A stretch of DNA of 63,952 bases, the filler included, from Gonapodya sp. JEL0774 (Eukaryota), in assembly GCA_027604505.1 (NCBI GenBank). It is 4 parts of 4 records of this genome, joined end to end, with 100 filler letters (N's around TTAATTAATTAA, not from the genome) between each part and the next. Parts side by side here need not be neighbours in the genome. Positions count along the whole stretch, not along the records: positions 1 to 16,023 come from JADIIX010000289.1; positions 16,124 to 32,126 come from JADIIX010000290.1; 2 more parts are not named here. The stretch is one strand, 5' to 3'. Positions 12,294 through 25,983 of this stretch are shown here, piece after piece; position 1 is the stretch's first letter; every line of letters begins with the position of its first letter. Both the position numbers and the translations under genes were made by a program. Under the pieces are notes generated by a model, which worked only from the letters and a program-made list of their open reading frames with translations, searched no databases and was not told the DNA's origin.

Positions 12294-15233
12294 ATGTCCG
12301 GAACTCCCAGCACATCGACTTCGAAACGCACCCAACTCGCCCCCTCCCCCATGTCGCCGTCGTCTTCATCTTCGGCCCCCGTACCACAACCCACGTTGTC
12401 GCCTCCCTCTTTCGACCCACCCACCTCGTCTCAACAGACCACTGCGTTCTACTACCGTATGGGAAAACCCGTCGCCATCGTTTCGTCATATCGCGGTGTG
12501 GACCAGACCCTGGCAGATGTCGATCCTTCCACTGCTGCGAAACTCCTCTCCCAACAACATGAAATCGATCGTTCCTTACTCCGTCCGCCGGCCGGTGGTG
12601 TCGCCAGACTGAGACAGGGTCGTGATAGTAAGACGTTCTCCAAGGTGAGTTCGCGACTAGTGGAAGAATGCGAAGGTTCATCGTTTACAGGAGGCGTTGG
12701 TCGAGCCCAAAAATTCTTTCGCGTGTCAACCTCGAATTTCGACCCATGGTGCTTTACCGGCTTCTTGTCGACTCAGTGTGTCAATCCTGGCTCAACACAA
12801 CCAAAACGTTCGGGAAGTCCGGATGTCTGGAGGACCCATTCGCGTTTGCCCAGACGAGTTCCTTGGATCCAATACTGGAAGTATCGCGGCTGATTTGATT
12901 CTTGTTTTCAGAGCCCATCTCCTCAGCCCGGTCACAAATATAAACCATCAGACGCTGGCTCCACCGTCTCTTCTTACGATTGGGAAGACGAGAGGCGCAG
13001 CAGTAGCGTAACCGACAGCGAATTTCAGGATGCCGGCGAGACGTTTCCAACCCCCTCGCCTCAATCAGACGCCGAAATTCTCAAGGCCATCGGTGAACGT
13101 GAAAGCGAGGCGACGCTTCCATCGCCATCTACAGATGTACCGGACCTCAGGAAGGCATCTGACACAGTAACTTCCGAGACCCCCATCGTGGATTCTGCTC
13201 TAGCGGTAGCCTCTGCATCCGCCACCGACGCGACACTGGTAACATCAATAGTCACTGACAGCAAGGCTACCGATGATGTACAAGTCCGAAAGAACGCAAA
13301 CCTGGATATTCAAACACCCACTATTGAGGTCCAACCACCGGCGACTTCAACCCCGCACACAGTTCAGCCAGGAATATCCGGAGGGCAATCCAGCATTCCC
13401 CCCTTTGCGTTCCCCAACCCATCCAGTGTTGCTGGTGCAGGATCTAGCACCCTTTCGCGACCGCCCAGCCCCACCAGAAGTGTTGCCAGTACCTTTAAGC
13501 GAAGTTACTCGGCGAGTAGCATACGAATGATGACTCGGGCAGTGGTGGGGCCTAGTGACTTTACCAAAGTCAGGATTCTCGGCCGCGGCGATTGCGGGAA
13601 AGTTTATCTGGTGGTGAGAGTCTGTCGTGACGACACTTTCATCCATTCTTTCCTTCATGAGATCGTGGCGATCGTGTTTAGAAGCAAAAGGGGACGTCAA
13701 ATCTGTTCGCCATGAAAGTTCTGTCGAAAAGTGAGATGATTCGACGGAATAAGATCAAGCGAGTACTCGCAGAACAGGAGATTCTCGTCACCAGCAACCA
13801 CCCGTTTATCGCGACATTATATCACACTTTCCAAAACGACAATTATATATTCTTCGTGATGGAGTACTGTGGTGGAGGGGAATTCTTCCGGTGAGTGGTA
13901 TCTACATAGTTAGTGTCCCCGATTTTGACTGTAACTGTGCGTTTGGATTTTCTAGAACCTTGCAGTCCCGTCCTGGAAAGTGTCTGCCCGAAGGCTCTGC
14001 GCAATTCTATGCCGCCGAGGTGGTAACGGCACTCGAATATCTTCACCTGCTAGGGTTTATATACCGGGATTTGAAACCAGAGAGTAAGTCACGTCGGTTT
14101 CCAGTATTTTCGTACAGGGACTCACCGATCGGTATGATTGCGCTACCGCGAAGACATTTTGTTGCACGCGACAGGTCATATCATGTTGACCGATTTTGAC
14201 CTGTCCAAGCCATCCGTTCTCCCTTCGAGTCCCAAGATTGTTAAATCCGGTAATGCATTTAGCAGGCTCATTGACTCTCTGACGCAGACGAGCATTGACA
14301 CCAAGAGTTCAGCGAGTATCAGGACAAACAGCTTGGTCGGAACAGAAGGTGAGAATCCACCGGATTGTTCACATCAAGATAAATTCCGTGGTCGTCAAGG
14401 CAAACGCACCTTCCGTCAACTGAAATGATCACATTTGTAGAATATATCGCACCCGAGGTCATCAAAGGATCTGGTCACACGAGTTCTGTCGATTGGTGGA
14501 CTCTCGGTATTCTTATCTATGAGATGCTCGTTAGTGACCTAATTGCACACGGTGCAATGCGTTTTGCTGTGTGTTCAGACATTAAATAACCTTTTATCTT
14601 TCTATGGCTGCGATAATTGCATTTAGTACGGTACCACACCCTTTAAAGGTGCCAACCGCAAAGCAACATTTCACAACATCCTATACAATGAGGTCACCTT
14701 CCCAGAGCAACCCGAAACATCAGCTTATGCTAAAAGTATCATCAAGAAGGTACGGGTACACAATCTTCTGAAATTTTGTCTAACTAAGCGCGAGTTTTTC
14801 AACACCAAACAAAGCTCCTCCACAAAGATGAACGGAAACGCCTGGGCTCCAAAGCCGGTGCAGCAGATGTCAAGGCACATCCCTTTTTCCGTAACACTGT
14901 ATGGGCACTGCTTCGGCATCAACGCCCACCCATTGTCCCTCGCATCAAGGACCAGTCGGACACCTCCAACTTCCGTAACATGCGTGACAGTGATAGTCTG
15001 GATCTGGATGCACCATCAATTGCAAGCGGTGCAACGAAAACACCGGAGCAAGAAGTCCCACAGGGTAGTCGAAGAAGGGTGAAGAAAGAACCACCGCGAG
15101 ATCCATTTATTGACTTTGACTCCGGTATGTCTTCTGGTTCATTTCATGTGGCATAGGTACTATCCATTGACAGGTTTTTGTTGACCTTCGAATCGCAGTT
15201 ACAATGCACAGAGAAGGAAATGACTACCGTTAG
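12294..15233 (+). CDS. AGC Ser/Thr kinase, Nrc-2/Fpk1/Kin82 (phototropin-kinase-like) subfamily, with a long low-complexity N-terminus; multi-exon
   Basis: [77 protein letters not shown] (DFD signature); [24 protein letters not shown]. Confidence 0.9.
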
Positions 15234-16123
15234 CAGTGTAAAGTGAATGTATTGTATTGTGATAACTGATATGTAATGCCATTATTTGTCCAATCACCAT
15301 ATGTCTAAAAGGGATGCATTCGTGTCGGGGTGTTGAATTGTCAAGGTCACTGACGTTGCCTTGAAGGACCTTGGATGAAGTATACGTATGCGACGCAGCT
15401 CTTTCCTGGGCATGCTATTGGATGCTGGGGCTCACGCAATGACGAATTGTTGTGGTTCGCGGCGGAGCCGTTGGGTTTCTGTCCCGAAACTTAGTATGTA
15501 CAGTGCACGCCACAAAAATACGAAGACACCCTCCCCCAATTCGGAAATCCCCCATAAATGCCTCGAAAAAGCTTAGAATATGTTAAATCCAGTCCCCTTA
15601 TACGATTTCCGCGCTTTCCGGAGGTCTCCGGACGTTTTTCCGTCCTGTACGGCTAATTAATGGTTTACCCGTTTACCCGCTCTGGCCATTGGCGGGACCC
15701 AAACACTAAAATGCGATTTATGTGCGATCGGCGGCCACTGTCAGCCGGGGAGTCGCCATTTCATCACAAGCAAACATTGTAGCATGTCATTACGAAGGTT
15801 TGGAACTTGTAGTGCAACTTTGATGTTCAAGGGTACGATGGGTTGGTGCATGTGCACTGTGGTGTACTGGGCACCTGGGGTGACCACAGTCCTGGGATGC
15901 CTGTAGGTAGTCATATATGTATTGTACGATCTAGACATACATCAGATCCCCGTCCTACATCTACCAGTCCGGTCCAGTACGGGACAGTACAATTGGGGGG
16001 ACGGCCGGCAGCATCTCGCATCCNNNNNNNNNNNNNNNNNNNNNNNNNNNNNNNNNNNNNNNNNNNNTTAATTAATTAANNNNNNNNNNNNNNNNNNNNN
16101 NNNNNNNNNNNNNNNNNNNNNNN

Positions 16124-19100
16124 CCTATGTGCGGACAGCCTATGTGCAGTCAGCCGCACATGGGGCACTATGTGCGGACAGCTGCACTGTGGCACAGCAC
16201 CTGCACTCTGCCCTCTGCCCCATTCCCCACGCAATTTTCCCTCTCTTCCACTTCAGAACGCTTCTGAACAAGCGCTCATCATGATTCAACATCACATAAA
16301 CGATTCTGAAGGAAGGCAAGTGGATCTGATGACTTTGGGGGATGGTGGAGTGGAGGTAGTGGATCTGGAACATCCATTGGGACAGATTGAGCTCCCCAAC
16401 ACATCATCACAGGCGGACCATCAAATCACTACAGATCGGGAAATTTCTAAGTGGTTTTGTGAGTTTTTGGGGCGATCCATGGTGTTTTTTGAAGCTCATC
16501 TTGTCTGAGTCTGGATTCACAGTCCTATACCACACTCCCACTCCCACAAACTATCCCAATTCATCCAAATCTCCCAGATTCAGGAAATCAGGTCAGTTTT
16601 ATGATGTAATAGGGGTCTGTGTGTCTGTCTTACACTGATGCCACCTTCTGTGTGCCACCACTTCTTTGATGATTCCATATTATCATACTTGACAAGTTGA
16701 GGCTTCATTGAAACAAAAAGGTGAGCTAGAATGCTTCTTATTGATTAGTGATACTGATCATCTGACACAAGAACCCTTGTGAAAGTACTCTGCAGGAAGC
16801 TAACCCTAATCTTCAAGAAATATGGTCAACCCAAACTTTGTGAACAAAAATGTCAGTGCCTTTCTTACTTCTGCATTTGCAATTATCTGTTACCCTTCTA
16901 TCCTTTACAGACTATCCATTCTTTTGATATTAAAGATGTGGCTGATCTCCTCTCACAAGTGGTCACTGGGGAACACCCATCATCAAACTGCTTGGGGTTG
17001 ACCAGATTGGAAGTGTCCAACTTACTACTCTTCAATTGCTGGGCAAAGTTCTGGCCCTGAAAATGCAGATGTCAACAAAGGCTGAGTATACAGTGGCAAT
17101 TGCAAGTACTCTGATTGGACGGGGCTACATGAACCAGAAGGAATCTACTCCTGTGGATGGCGATGCTGTTGCAGGAATCACCAACATTGTTACTGAGGTA
17201 GGTGTAACCTTAATGTGGTTGTGCATATTCTAATTGTATTATGCTCTCCATTGTACTGCCACAGATAATAAACCCCACACAGTGCCAATCCATTGTGGAG
17301 CAGATGAGAACCCTCAAGGTGGAACTGAAGGAAAAGCAGGAGAAGCATGCAGCAGAGAAGCAAAGGTCAGCACAGGAGACTGTTACTGCAGAGGGAAGAC
17401 CCAGCCAGATTCACAAGAAGGCCAAGACGTGATCATCAGCACCTGACTAATTCTGTGTGGGTCGAGTGGCACACAAGTAAGTAATATCTGGGTGCAGTGA
17501 TATCGATATCTGTTTGGATACCATGAGTGGCACTGCTTTTGTGTCCCCCAAATTTTCTGTTGGCTAGTACTGCTTTGGTCTGGTGCACTGGCATTCTTAA
17601 CCCTCCCTGCTGGTGCAATGGCATTTTTAACCAGTCCATGGTTAAATCAGTACACCAAGGTGGTTTAACCACCTTAAAAGTGACATTTGTAGACCATGGT
17701 ATCAACAGGGTTAAGTCCCATTTTAACCACCCCAACACCCTCCCCCCTTAACCCTGGCATAACCACAGTGGTATTTTACCTATTTAACCATGGCGTGGTA
17801 TTTCAGTGGTATGTTTGGGGTTAAATTTCACTTATCCATGCTAATACCATGCATGGTTAAGTCCCCGACAGCCCCAGTGTGCCATGGGCCTCAGGGCGAC
17901 AGTTTTACAGTACAGCTTTATCAAGAACAGGTATGCAGATTGTGAGACCAAAGACTCTAGGGTAAGTGATTATGAGGTGGTGTTGATACTCACTGATGAC
18001 ACATTCTGCGTTGTTGCACTGGAGCGAAAGTGAGGGGCCTGTTTGTGACCCACCATTGCACTGGAACTACGTCCTGTCGTACTGAGTGCAGTCATTTGCC
18101 AATTTTGATGTAGGTCAGCAGAGGATCATTGTTATGTGATGGAAGTCCATGCAAAACCGTCAGTCTCAGGCAGACGGTCCACCCATCCTTAAGTAAGTTA
18201 CAGTACAGGGTCTCTTTTTCCTTCTTAATCTGAGCCTTCAATCTTCTCACCCCCTGTTCCCCACAGATTTGCACCTGAAGTACCTGGAAATAGGCTTCAT
18301 TCCGAAACATTGACACCAGATTCGGAAAAATGCTCCTGTTTGACTGCAATCCTACTGGATTTCATGCTCCTTTTTCCTCACTTTGGAGACATTTCTGACC
18401 ATTTTTTCTTGGAGTTTTGAAAAGTCATCTGTAGAAGCTCGTTGTCAATCACATTCCATCTCCAATATAGGCAACCATCTATGCATCAAATGGATTGGCA
18501 CCTTCCAGGCACCAAGAGAGCATACAATCAACTGTGACATAGTAGTTCATTTGAATTCAGTATTCAGGTGAGCACTAGTTGGTGTTGTTACCTGAGCAAC
18601 AATGAGGTAACACTAGAAAGCAGGTTTACTCAGTGTATCTTGGATACAACTGTTGGTAGGTAGCTTTCAATGCCTAATATCCTTTTTAAGAGCAAGTTGT
18701 TGCTCTGGGTGCTTAAGCTACCCAGTATTTGAAACTACACAGGAGCCAGATGAGAATCTCAATCAGGAAGTTACAGAAGTAAATGTAACAAGGAGCACTT
18801 TGTGATAGATTTCACCGGACTGATTACTTGTGAACAGTAAGGACAATGGAACAGGTACAGAAACAGAGTTTACAAGTGTCTTGACTGGTTATGTCCGTCG
18901 GCCTGAGGCCGACAGGTTGCTACTCACATGTGATGAAAGTATGCAATGACCCTTCCAATGATAAATGTGATTCCCACCTCCAAACACAGCTGTTAGCACA
19001 TCTCACTCACTTCTCCGTCTTCTAGACCTGTACTGCAGGTCAATTAAACCAGTTTTGGGCTTGTCTCTCTGTATTGAGAATGAAGGGTTGAAGGCAACTG

Positions 19101-21272
19101 AAGTATTGGAGGATACTGATGACATTTCCTTGCACAAACATTTGCATGTCTGATAAATCAATACCAATAAAGGTTTTTCCATGACTTCTACTGTTGTTGT
19201 TTCACTGCAGTGCCAGTGTCTGTCAACCATTGGCTGACGGCAAAGAATGCATATAGTAAGTCCTCCTGAGGTTTAGCAATAATATGGAAAATCAACACAT
19301 CATAGGGATTGCTCTCAAGGTCCACTCTGACAAAAAGACAAGATGATACTCATTCAATGCATAAAATACCTTACCAGACCAAGTATAACAACAGTTTGGA
19401 TGAAAAAGCAAGTTTTTTCAAGATAATTCAAGGTGATCCCGTTGGTTTGAGACCGACAGTCAGAGGCCCTATAGAAAAATGCTTGATCTAAATTTTTGTC
19501 TCGAATCCCAGATTCCTTTGTTCCAAGTCTGTTGCTGTCTGCCGAGAGAGAGCTTCTCAAGTCATACAAGGGTCTCAATTGATGACACATCACTCACCTG
19601 CTGACACAGCATTTTGAACAAACTTCATCAGTAAGGTTGCCTCAAGATTCTCAGTGTCCTCTCCTTGCTTGGTCCAGGTGTGAGCCTCAAAAGATATTGT
19701 ACAACTTGTGAAAGCGGTTGAGAAGCGGAGACATGTCTTGTGCCCTGCTACCAGAGCCATTGTGATCAGGAGTCTCTGGGACTCTGTTGGCTATCTCCCC
19801 AACATTGACATTGAGGATGACAAAGATGGGTGACGAGGTGCATTGTATTTGATGGTCCTTTCAGAGAAGGCGCTTTTCCTTCGCTTCTGTAAACATCCGG
19901 AACACACAACAACAAACTTATCACTTAGCACAGCTTTAGCCAAGCACCACAACTTTCTAGGGACTTGAAATCCGCTTGGTGGGAGACTGTCACAACTATT
20001 TTTACATATAAGTACGGACCACACAGTTATGTTTCCTATTATAGTATTCTATATATAGGAGAATGAACTGTGTGGTGTGCACAACACAGTCTAACTTGTG
20101 TACTTGTTTTGGAGCTCAAAATACACCTCCAGTCGAGGTGTATGGTGGATGCCACCTAAGCCCACGTAAATGCCGCAATCAATCAACACCTCCAAAAACG
20201 GATTTGTTAAAATTAAATGTAAGTGTATATGGAAGCTATATGGAAAAAGCTATTTTTGTCTTGATTTGACCCCATAATCCCATTGAACTTGGCTCCCGTT
20301 CTCCATCCCAGAGCGGTTTCTGCTGCTCCATAGACTGTTTTCTCCATCTCGGACCAATTTAGGAGAGATTTTGCCTGTTATTTGTGATATGTCTTTGAGA
20401 AGTATATTTTACAGAGCAACCTCCCAACACCTGTTCCCAGACTTGAACACCATTGCATTTGCCCCCTGCACCACAGGTATCCACTGATTGCAATCTCTGA
20501 TAGTAGTATAATTGCTCCCAAATCCTTGTAGTGCTCCATACACTTTTGGAGATGGTAAGTTTTGCAACAATGAATGATAATCCTGCAGGCGTGCCGTTTC
20601 TGGCTGCAACTAGGTTGTCAGAGGCAGATGCCTGGGACTCAAATTAAGCACAAACTCTGCACAGTTGATGGAGCTCTCAGGAGTGCATGGATAGATGCAC
20701 AAGCACCTGATCAGGGGTGGCAAGGGTAAGAAGTTGGGAAAATCCATAGTTGGTGTTTTGAATCAATTTCATTTCTGAAAATCAGCCAAAATTAGTGATG
20801 TGTCCAAAGCAGCATGTCATTAACTTTACATCATCAGTCTTTGCACATGTACAGTAGTTGCCATTGATTCAGGAGGGAGCACTTCTGTCACCAAATGAAA
20901 GGGGACTGTATGATGATGCTCTTTGGGCATCTGATGACAAAAATATGTGTGTTGAGCCCACAGGCCAGCAAGTCAATAAAAAATTCCAGCTAGAGAACTA
21001 GCACAATGGTGGCGGTGCTATTTTTGAGAATATTTCATTGTCTGCAGGAACACTCATGTCAACTAAAAAAAACTACAATTAGTGAGTCTGAACAATTCAT
21101 AATCAATGAAATCTAATTGATTGCTATCATCCCTAATCTCCAACGTGGGGGATTCAGCTTCCAAAATCAGTTTCAACTTTTGTTCAGAGAGCAACATGGC
21201 ATGCCAGGGTTAACATCAACTAGGGCCATGGCAACAATGCCAAAAACCCACAATGGGACTTTGAGTTCATTC
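16124..21272. mobile_element. CpG-depleted, decayed repeat-derived region with fragmented intron-containing ORFs of unknown type (+ strand ~16200-17432, - strand ~18092-20030); possibly DNA-transposon remnants
   Basis: Abrupt shift to lower GC and few CpG, with many TpG/CpA, compared with flanking genes. ORFs are broken. Short repeats occur at 16124-16190 and 17590-17880. No recognisable transposase motif was seen. Confidence 0.4.
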
Positions 21273-21277
21273 GATTC

Positions 21278-21567
21278 TGTTATCAGTTTTCTGCTGTGAC
21301 AGCTTGTCTGGGCGCGGTCGGGCAGAGGTTCCCCCGTAGCGTAGTACTTATCTTGTAGAGTCACTGAATACACTTAGTTTCTCAGAGCTTATATAGTCTA
21401 ACCCTCGGTCTATTTTGTAATGTCCCCGAAGTACGTAAAGAGAAAATACTCCCTGTAAGTCCTAAAGTCCATCCGGTGTTTTGGACTTGCCCGAATGCTG
21501 TTTGTTTGTGGCGAAGGTGCTGGTGCACAATCCAAGCTTCAGTCGCACCAAGCTGCGACTTCTAACA
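21278..21567 (-). repeat. 3' LTR of the Copia element
   Basis: TGTTATCAG...CTTCTAACA, about 95% identical by eye to 25984-26274. Confidence 0.95.
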
Positions 21568-21599
21568 CTCCCCCAGCAGCCTACGACTGGTTTACAAGC

Positions 21600-24500
21600 T
21601 AAGTCTGAAGACACCTAGTCCCGCTCTGTGCTTCTCTAATAGTGGTCTAGCTAGAGGCTTAGTTAAGATGTCCGCAACATTGTCGACGCCGGGGATATGC
21701 TTCACTTCGACCCGTCCTCCTTGGACTTCTTCCCTAATCTACATCTCCCTCACATCAATGTGCTTTGTTCTCCCGTGAGAAATATTGAGGCTACTTGCTA
21801 TTTTGATTCCAGTTTCACTGTTGGAGAAAATTCGAATGGGATCACTGTTTGTGGTCAAATCCCTCATGAGGTTTCTCAGGTACGCGGCCTGACGGGCAGT
21901 CTCCGTCATGGCGTACAACTCTGCCTTAGTTGTCAATAGTGCCGCTAACTTCTGGCGCTTGCTCGCAAACGAAATACCCGTGCTTGCTTACTTAAATACG
22001 TAGCCAGAGGGTTACCTTCTAGTTGGGTCATTCTCCGCCCAATGCGCATCGGAGTATCCAACAATCTCCGCTACCTGCTCTGCAGTGAACATTAAACCGT
22101 AATCTAAAGTACCTCTAAGATAACAGAATATTTTCTTCACTCCCTCCCAGTGCCAAATGCTGAACTTGTCTTGGTATCTGGCATAGTAGCTGACTGCAAA
22201 GAGAATGTCAGGTCAAGTTCCCTTCGCCAGCCACATCGAACTACCAATTGCCTCGCGAAATCAAATGCCTTTGAGTTGGTCTAGATCATCTCCAGGCTTT
22301 CCGCTGTGATCTTTGTGGAGATTCTTTGCCTCCAACATTGGGGTCCTCGAGACCCTTACTCCTCCCAACCCGAAGTCTTCTATCATGTTACTAGCAAACT
22401 TCTCCTGATGAATAAAAATCTTCTTCTTGTCCAGCTTGAACTGCCAGCTGAGAAACGTTTCCGGCAGACCGATTTCCTTCATGTCAAACCGTTCTGCCAA
22501 TAACTTCTTCGCTTTCCCATTCCCTCCATTCCCCGCTTCTCTGCCATCAACATATTGTCTACATGAAAGAGTAAAGCATGAGTAGAGTCCAAACTAATAA
22601 ATAAACACAGATCTTTTTCCGCCGTCTTGTACCTGTTTTTCACCAAGAACTCCCAGAGAGTTTTGTTACAAAGAAGGGGGCTCCGCTGAAGTCCATATAG
22701 CAGCTTCTTCACCCTCACCTTCTCACCATCCTTCAAACCAAACCTATCTAAAATGTGCTTGGAATTTCAAGCAGGAGTTGAATGTTTACTCATTCATCGG
22801 GGCTAATTCTTTCGACTGTAAAAACACCGTGTCGAAGTCAACTTGTTTCATAACCCAACCGTTCTCCACTGAGAGTGTAATCATCATGCGCAGAGATTTG
22901 GTGTGAGCTACTGGGGAATAACTGTCAATTCCATTAGTGTTTGTTTCCTGGTAACCTCTTGCGACAAGTCTGGCCTTGTACTTCACTCCGCCCTGCGGCA
23001 CAGGTTTCTCTGTTAACACAAAACGAAGTTCCACCACCTTGTCGTCAACTTCCAAATCTTTCAACCTCTTGAACACTCGATATTTTTCCATCTTCACCAT
23101 CTCAGTTTCCACCGCGCCGAAATACTCTTCTGCAATGTTTTCTCTCACAACATTGATGCTCTCACCGGAAAAGTCCAAACAATTCACAGAGTCCGAGGTA
23201 TCTCCATAAAATTTCTGCTGAGCAGCGCGCCGAGGAATCTTGGTTCACGGAGGAAGAGTTGACCAGTTCCTGACATTGGTGGGTGCTCCAGTGCCTGAGT
23301 TGAAGGCTGACTAGGTTTCATCGGTGTCCCGACTTCCTACCCACCAACCAATACATCTCCCCCAGATAACCGCGCCGACCCGTCATCAACAACAACATGC
23401 TCCTTACCCTTCCATATACCGCCTCGAGGTTGAGGAAGGCTCCCCTCGTCGTCCATCAGGTCAGGCATAGTCGGGTCAGGTGTATCGTCGACAACCCCTT
23501 GAAGTCGATCCAAGAGAGAGACAGGAGAGAGCTGAAAGAAAGTTTTTTGAATGTGAGTTGCTTCATCGAAGACAGTGTCCCGAGTGCTTCCAGAGAATAA
23601 CTTTCCCGTCTCTCGTTCCAACTGTCGATAACCCTTCATCCCCTCATTCTCCGCGTACCCCACCATCACCAACTTCCGCGACTTAGAGTCCATCTTCCAA
23701 CGCTTGTTATCATGGATTTCAAGGTAAGCGCCGCAACCGAAAATGCGAAAGTGGCTCACATCCGGTTTCCTCCCCGTGAACACTTCCACAGGAGTCTTCC
23801 CAAGCTTCCCCACGAAAGTCCGGTTCCTCACATAAACAAAAGAGTCCATCGCCATCACCCAATACTTCTTAGGAAGACCGGATGACACGAGCAAGGTACA
23901 ACCACCCTCACCCACTGTCCTGTTGTGTCGCTCTGCGACCCCATTCTGTTCTGACGTGTCAGTCACCGTCTTGTAAACGTGCATGCCTTCCTCCTCCAAG
24001 CGACCTGCGAATGTCTTCCACATGAACTCGCCTCCCTTGTCCACCTGAACCACTCGGACCGTCTCTCCCGTGTACCTCTCAGCCCAAGTCCTCCAAACGT
24101 CAAACGCAATAGGAGCCTTCGCTTTTGAGGTAAGTGGCAAAGTCCATTCCATGTTTGAGTAGTCGTCCACTATCATTATCCAAAACAGTGCGTTCTCAAC
24201 CAACATAGTACTTGCCACTCCCGGATCCGTATGCACGAGACCGAGAACCCAAGTGGGGCGAGGATCATCAGACGCGTTCCAGTTAGAAGACCGGTAAGTC
24301 TGCTTTCCTTCCATGCATGGTTGGCAATCAACCGCAATGTCAGCTGGAGTCTTGACATTGACCCCACTAACGTGTCCACTACCAATTGTCTTCCAGACTC
24401 TTTCTGGCGACTGGTGCCCGAAGTGCCCATGCCAGAGCAGGGCAGGATCAACAGACAATACTGTATGAGACATGCTGATGAAAGCAGAATGTGGAGAATT

Positions 24501-24870
24501 GCTGAGGTGAGTAGGATATCCTCAGAGTGAATAGAGTTTGGTATCTGAGTTTTGCCGTCCTTCTTGATCGACAGGTCGTGGCCTTTTCCCACAAGCTCAT
24601 GGCCCTTGTCCGCAAAAACGGCATGCAACACAATCTTGGTGTGGGACTCGGGGACAAAAAAGGATTCGGTGAGTTGAATTGTCCCCATTGGCTTCCCAGC
24701 CTTATCCACCGCAGTCACACTTATCGTTCCAACACCCATCACAGATAGGGTCCCTCCCCCTGGAATCCTGACCTATGACCCCTTGACCGCCCGAATGTCA
24801 GTAAAGTCCGCCCAATCCCAGGACAAGCTCCAAGTGGCACCGGAGTCCCAGATCAGCTCAGTCAGGGGTC
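21600..24870 (-). pseudogene. Copia pol (protease, GAG-pre-integrase, rve integrase, RT, RNase H), disrupted
   Basis: Protease ELIWDSGATW (~24830-24860); LWHGHFGH...CQPC; integrase VQVDKGGEF and EQNGVAERHNRT; RT KYKARLVARGY, QVDFDTVF, LLYGLQ, FHVDNML; RNaseH TTKAELYA and RTKHIDVR. Confidence 0.92.
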
Positions 24871-24899
24871 GTTTCAGGTGAGTGCTGGTGTGACTGTGC

Positions 24900-25943
24900 T
24901 CAGATGAGTGTGAACACGTGATTGTCCATTACATTCACGAAATGAACGCTCTTGCCCTTCCCGCCACTGCTGCCCCGTCCACCCTCTCCACCGCCACCTC
25001 CACTGCCACCACCTCTCTTCGACCAGTCGCCACCTTGCCCAGTGTCCTTCTTGCTAGAACAATCGCACGCCATGTGGCTGCACTGCGCACACTTGTTGCA
25101 GTTGCCGGGAAATGGTTTGGAGTTGGAGCCTGACGCACTGGACCGAGGTGAGTTGTGCATACTCGAGAATGCCTTACTGCCGATCTCGTCCGCCTTGCCA
25201 CCTTCTGCCGCTAACTGATGTTCCCTCCCGACGAGCATCATCTGTAGATCCTCGACTGTCAACTTGCCGTCCTCCAGCCTGAACTCGGCCAATCCGACTT
25301 GGAGTCCGTACTCCGCAGGCAAACCAGCACTGACACACTTCAACACCTCGCTCATGTTGTACTCACGCCCTTGCACATTGCAGAGCTGGCGGATCAGACT
25401 ACCTTTCTCGGAAAGGTACGTAGTGATCGTCTCATCGGGCGGGAGTTCTCGTTTGGTGAGTTGCCGATGTACAGAGATGGTGTGAGATGCAATGTTGGGC
25501 CTAACTGTGTCAAGGATCGCCTTGCAGATGAGGTGGGAAGTATAATTGACAGGATCAGAAGGTAAGTGCTCTTGTATAGCAGCCAAAAGGGATTCATCAA
25601 TTGCGGCCATTAACACTACTTGCCCAATTCGGTCCTTCACCAGCCGCGCATCCAACTCACTAACTCTTGCCAGTGGTGTGGCATGCGTGGTGGTGACAGG
25701 AGCGGCAAGGGTTGCTGGAGTGGCAGAGAGGGACAGCATTGTGGATGCGGATGCGGTGGTAGTAGGTGCATCGGTGAGTGACCCGGGAACAGCTGCTGGG
25801 GGCTTGGGCACAGTCCCTTGAATGTACTCATGTACGCCTTGCTGCAGTGCAAAGATGCTAACAACTGTTTTCCAGCTGTGGAGATCTCCACCGATCTTGA
25901 GCTGTTGGTTGGCGGCGAATTTGATGGGGTTCCCGCCGAGCAT
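24900..25943 (-). CDS. Copia Gag (UBN2-like region plus CCHC zinc knuckle)
   Basis: 347-aa ORF starting ~40 nt inside the 5' LTR; ETITTYL...GLPAEY; knuckle CNKCAQCSHMACDC. Confidence 0.85.
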   Translation of the reverse strand: MLGGNPIKFAANQQLKIGGDLHSWKTVVSIFALQQGVHEYIQGTVPKPPAAVPGSLTDAPTTTASASTMLSLSATPATLAAPVTTTHATPLARVSELDARLVKDRIGQVVLMAAIDESLLAAIQEHLPSDPVNYTSHLICKAILDTVRPNIASHTISVHRQLTKRELPPDETITTYLSEKGSLIRQLCNVQGREYNMSEVLKCVSAGLPAEYGLQVGLAEFRLEDGKLTVEDLQMMLVGREHQLAAEGGKADEIGSKAFSSMHNSPRSSASGSNSKPFPGNCNKCAQCSHMACDCSSKKDTGQGGDWSKRGGGSGGGGGEGGRGSSGGKGKSVHFVNVMDNHVFTLI

Positions 25944-25983
25944 TGTAGGTGAGTTTAGAGTGCTACAGTTCGCACTGTAAATG

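Noticed and set aside
16068..16079. TTAATTAATTAA palindrome between N runs, repeated at 32171-32182 and 48225-48236
   Set aside because: An identical word centred in three assembly gaps, with stops in all frames: a scaffolding linker, not biology.
18092..20030. Cys-containing minus-strand ORF fragments, possibly a KDZ/CxC or other transposase
   Set aside because: No diagnostic catalytic motif could be recognised by eye. A translated HMM search would be needed.
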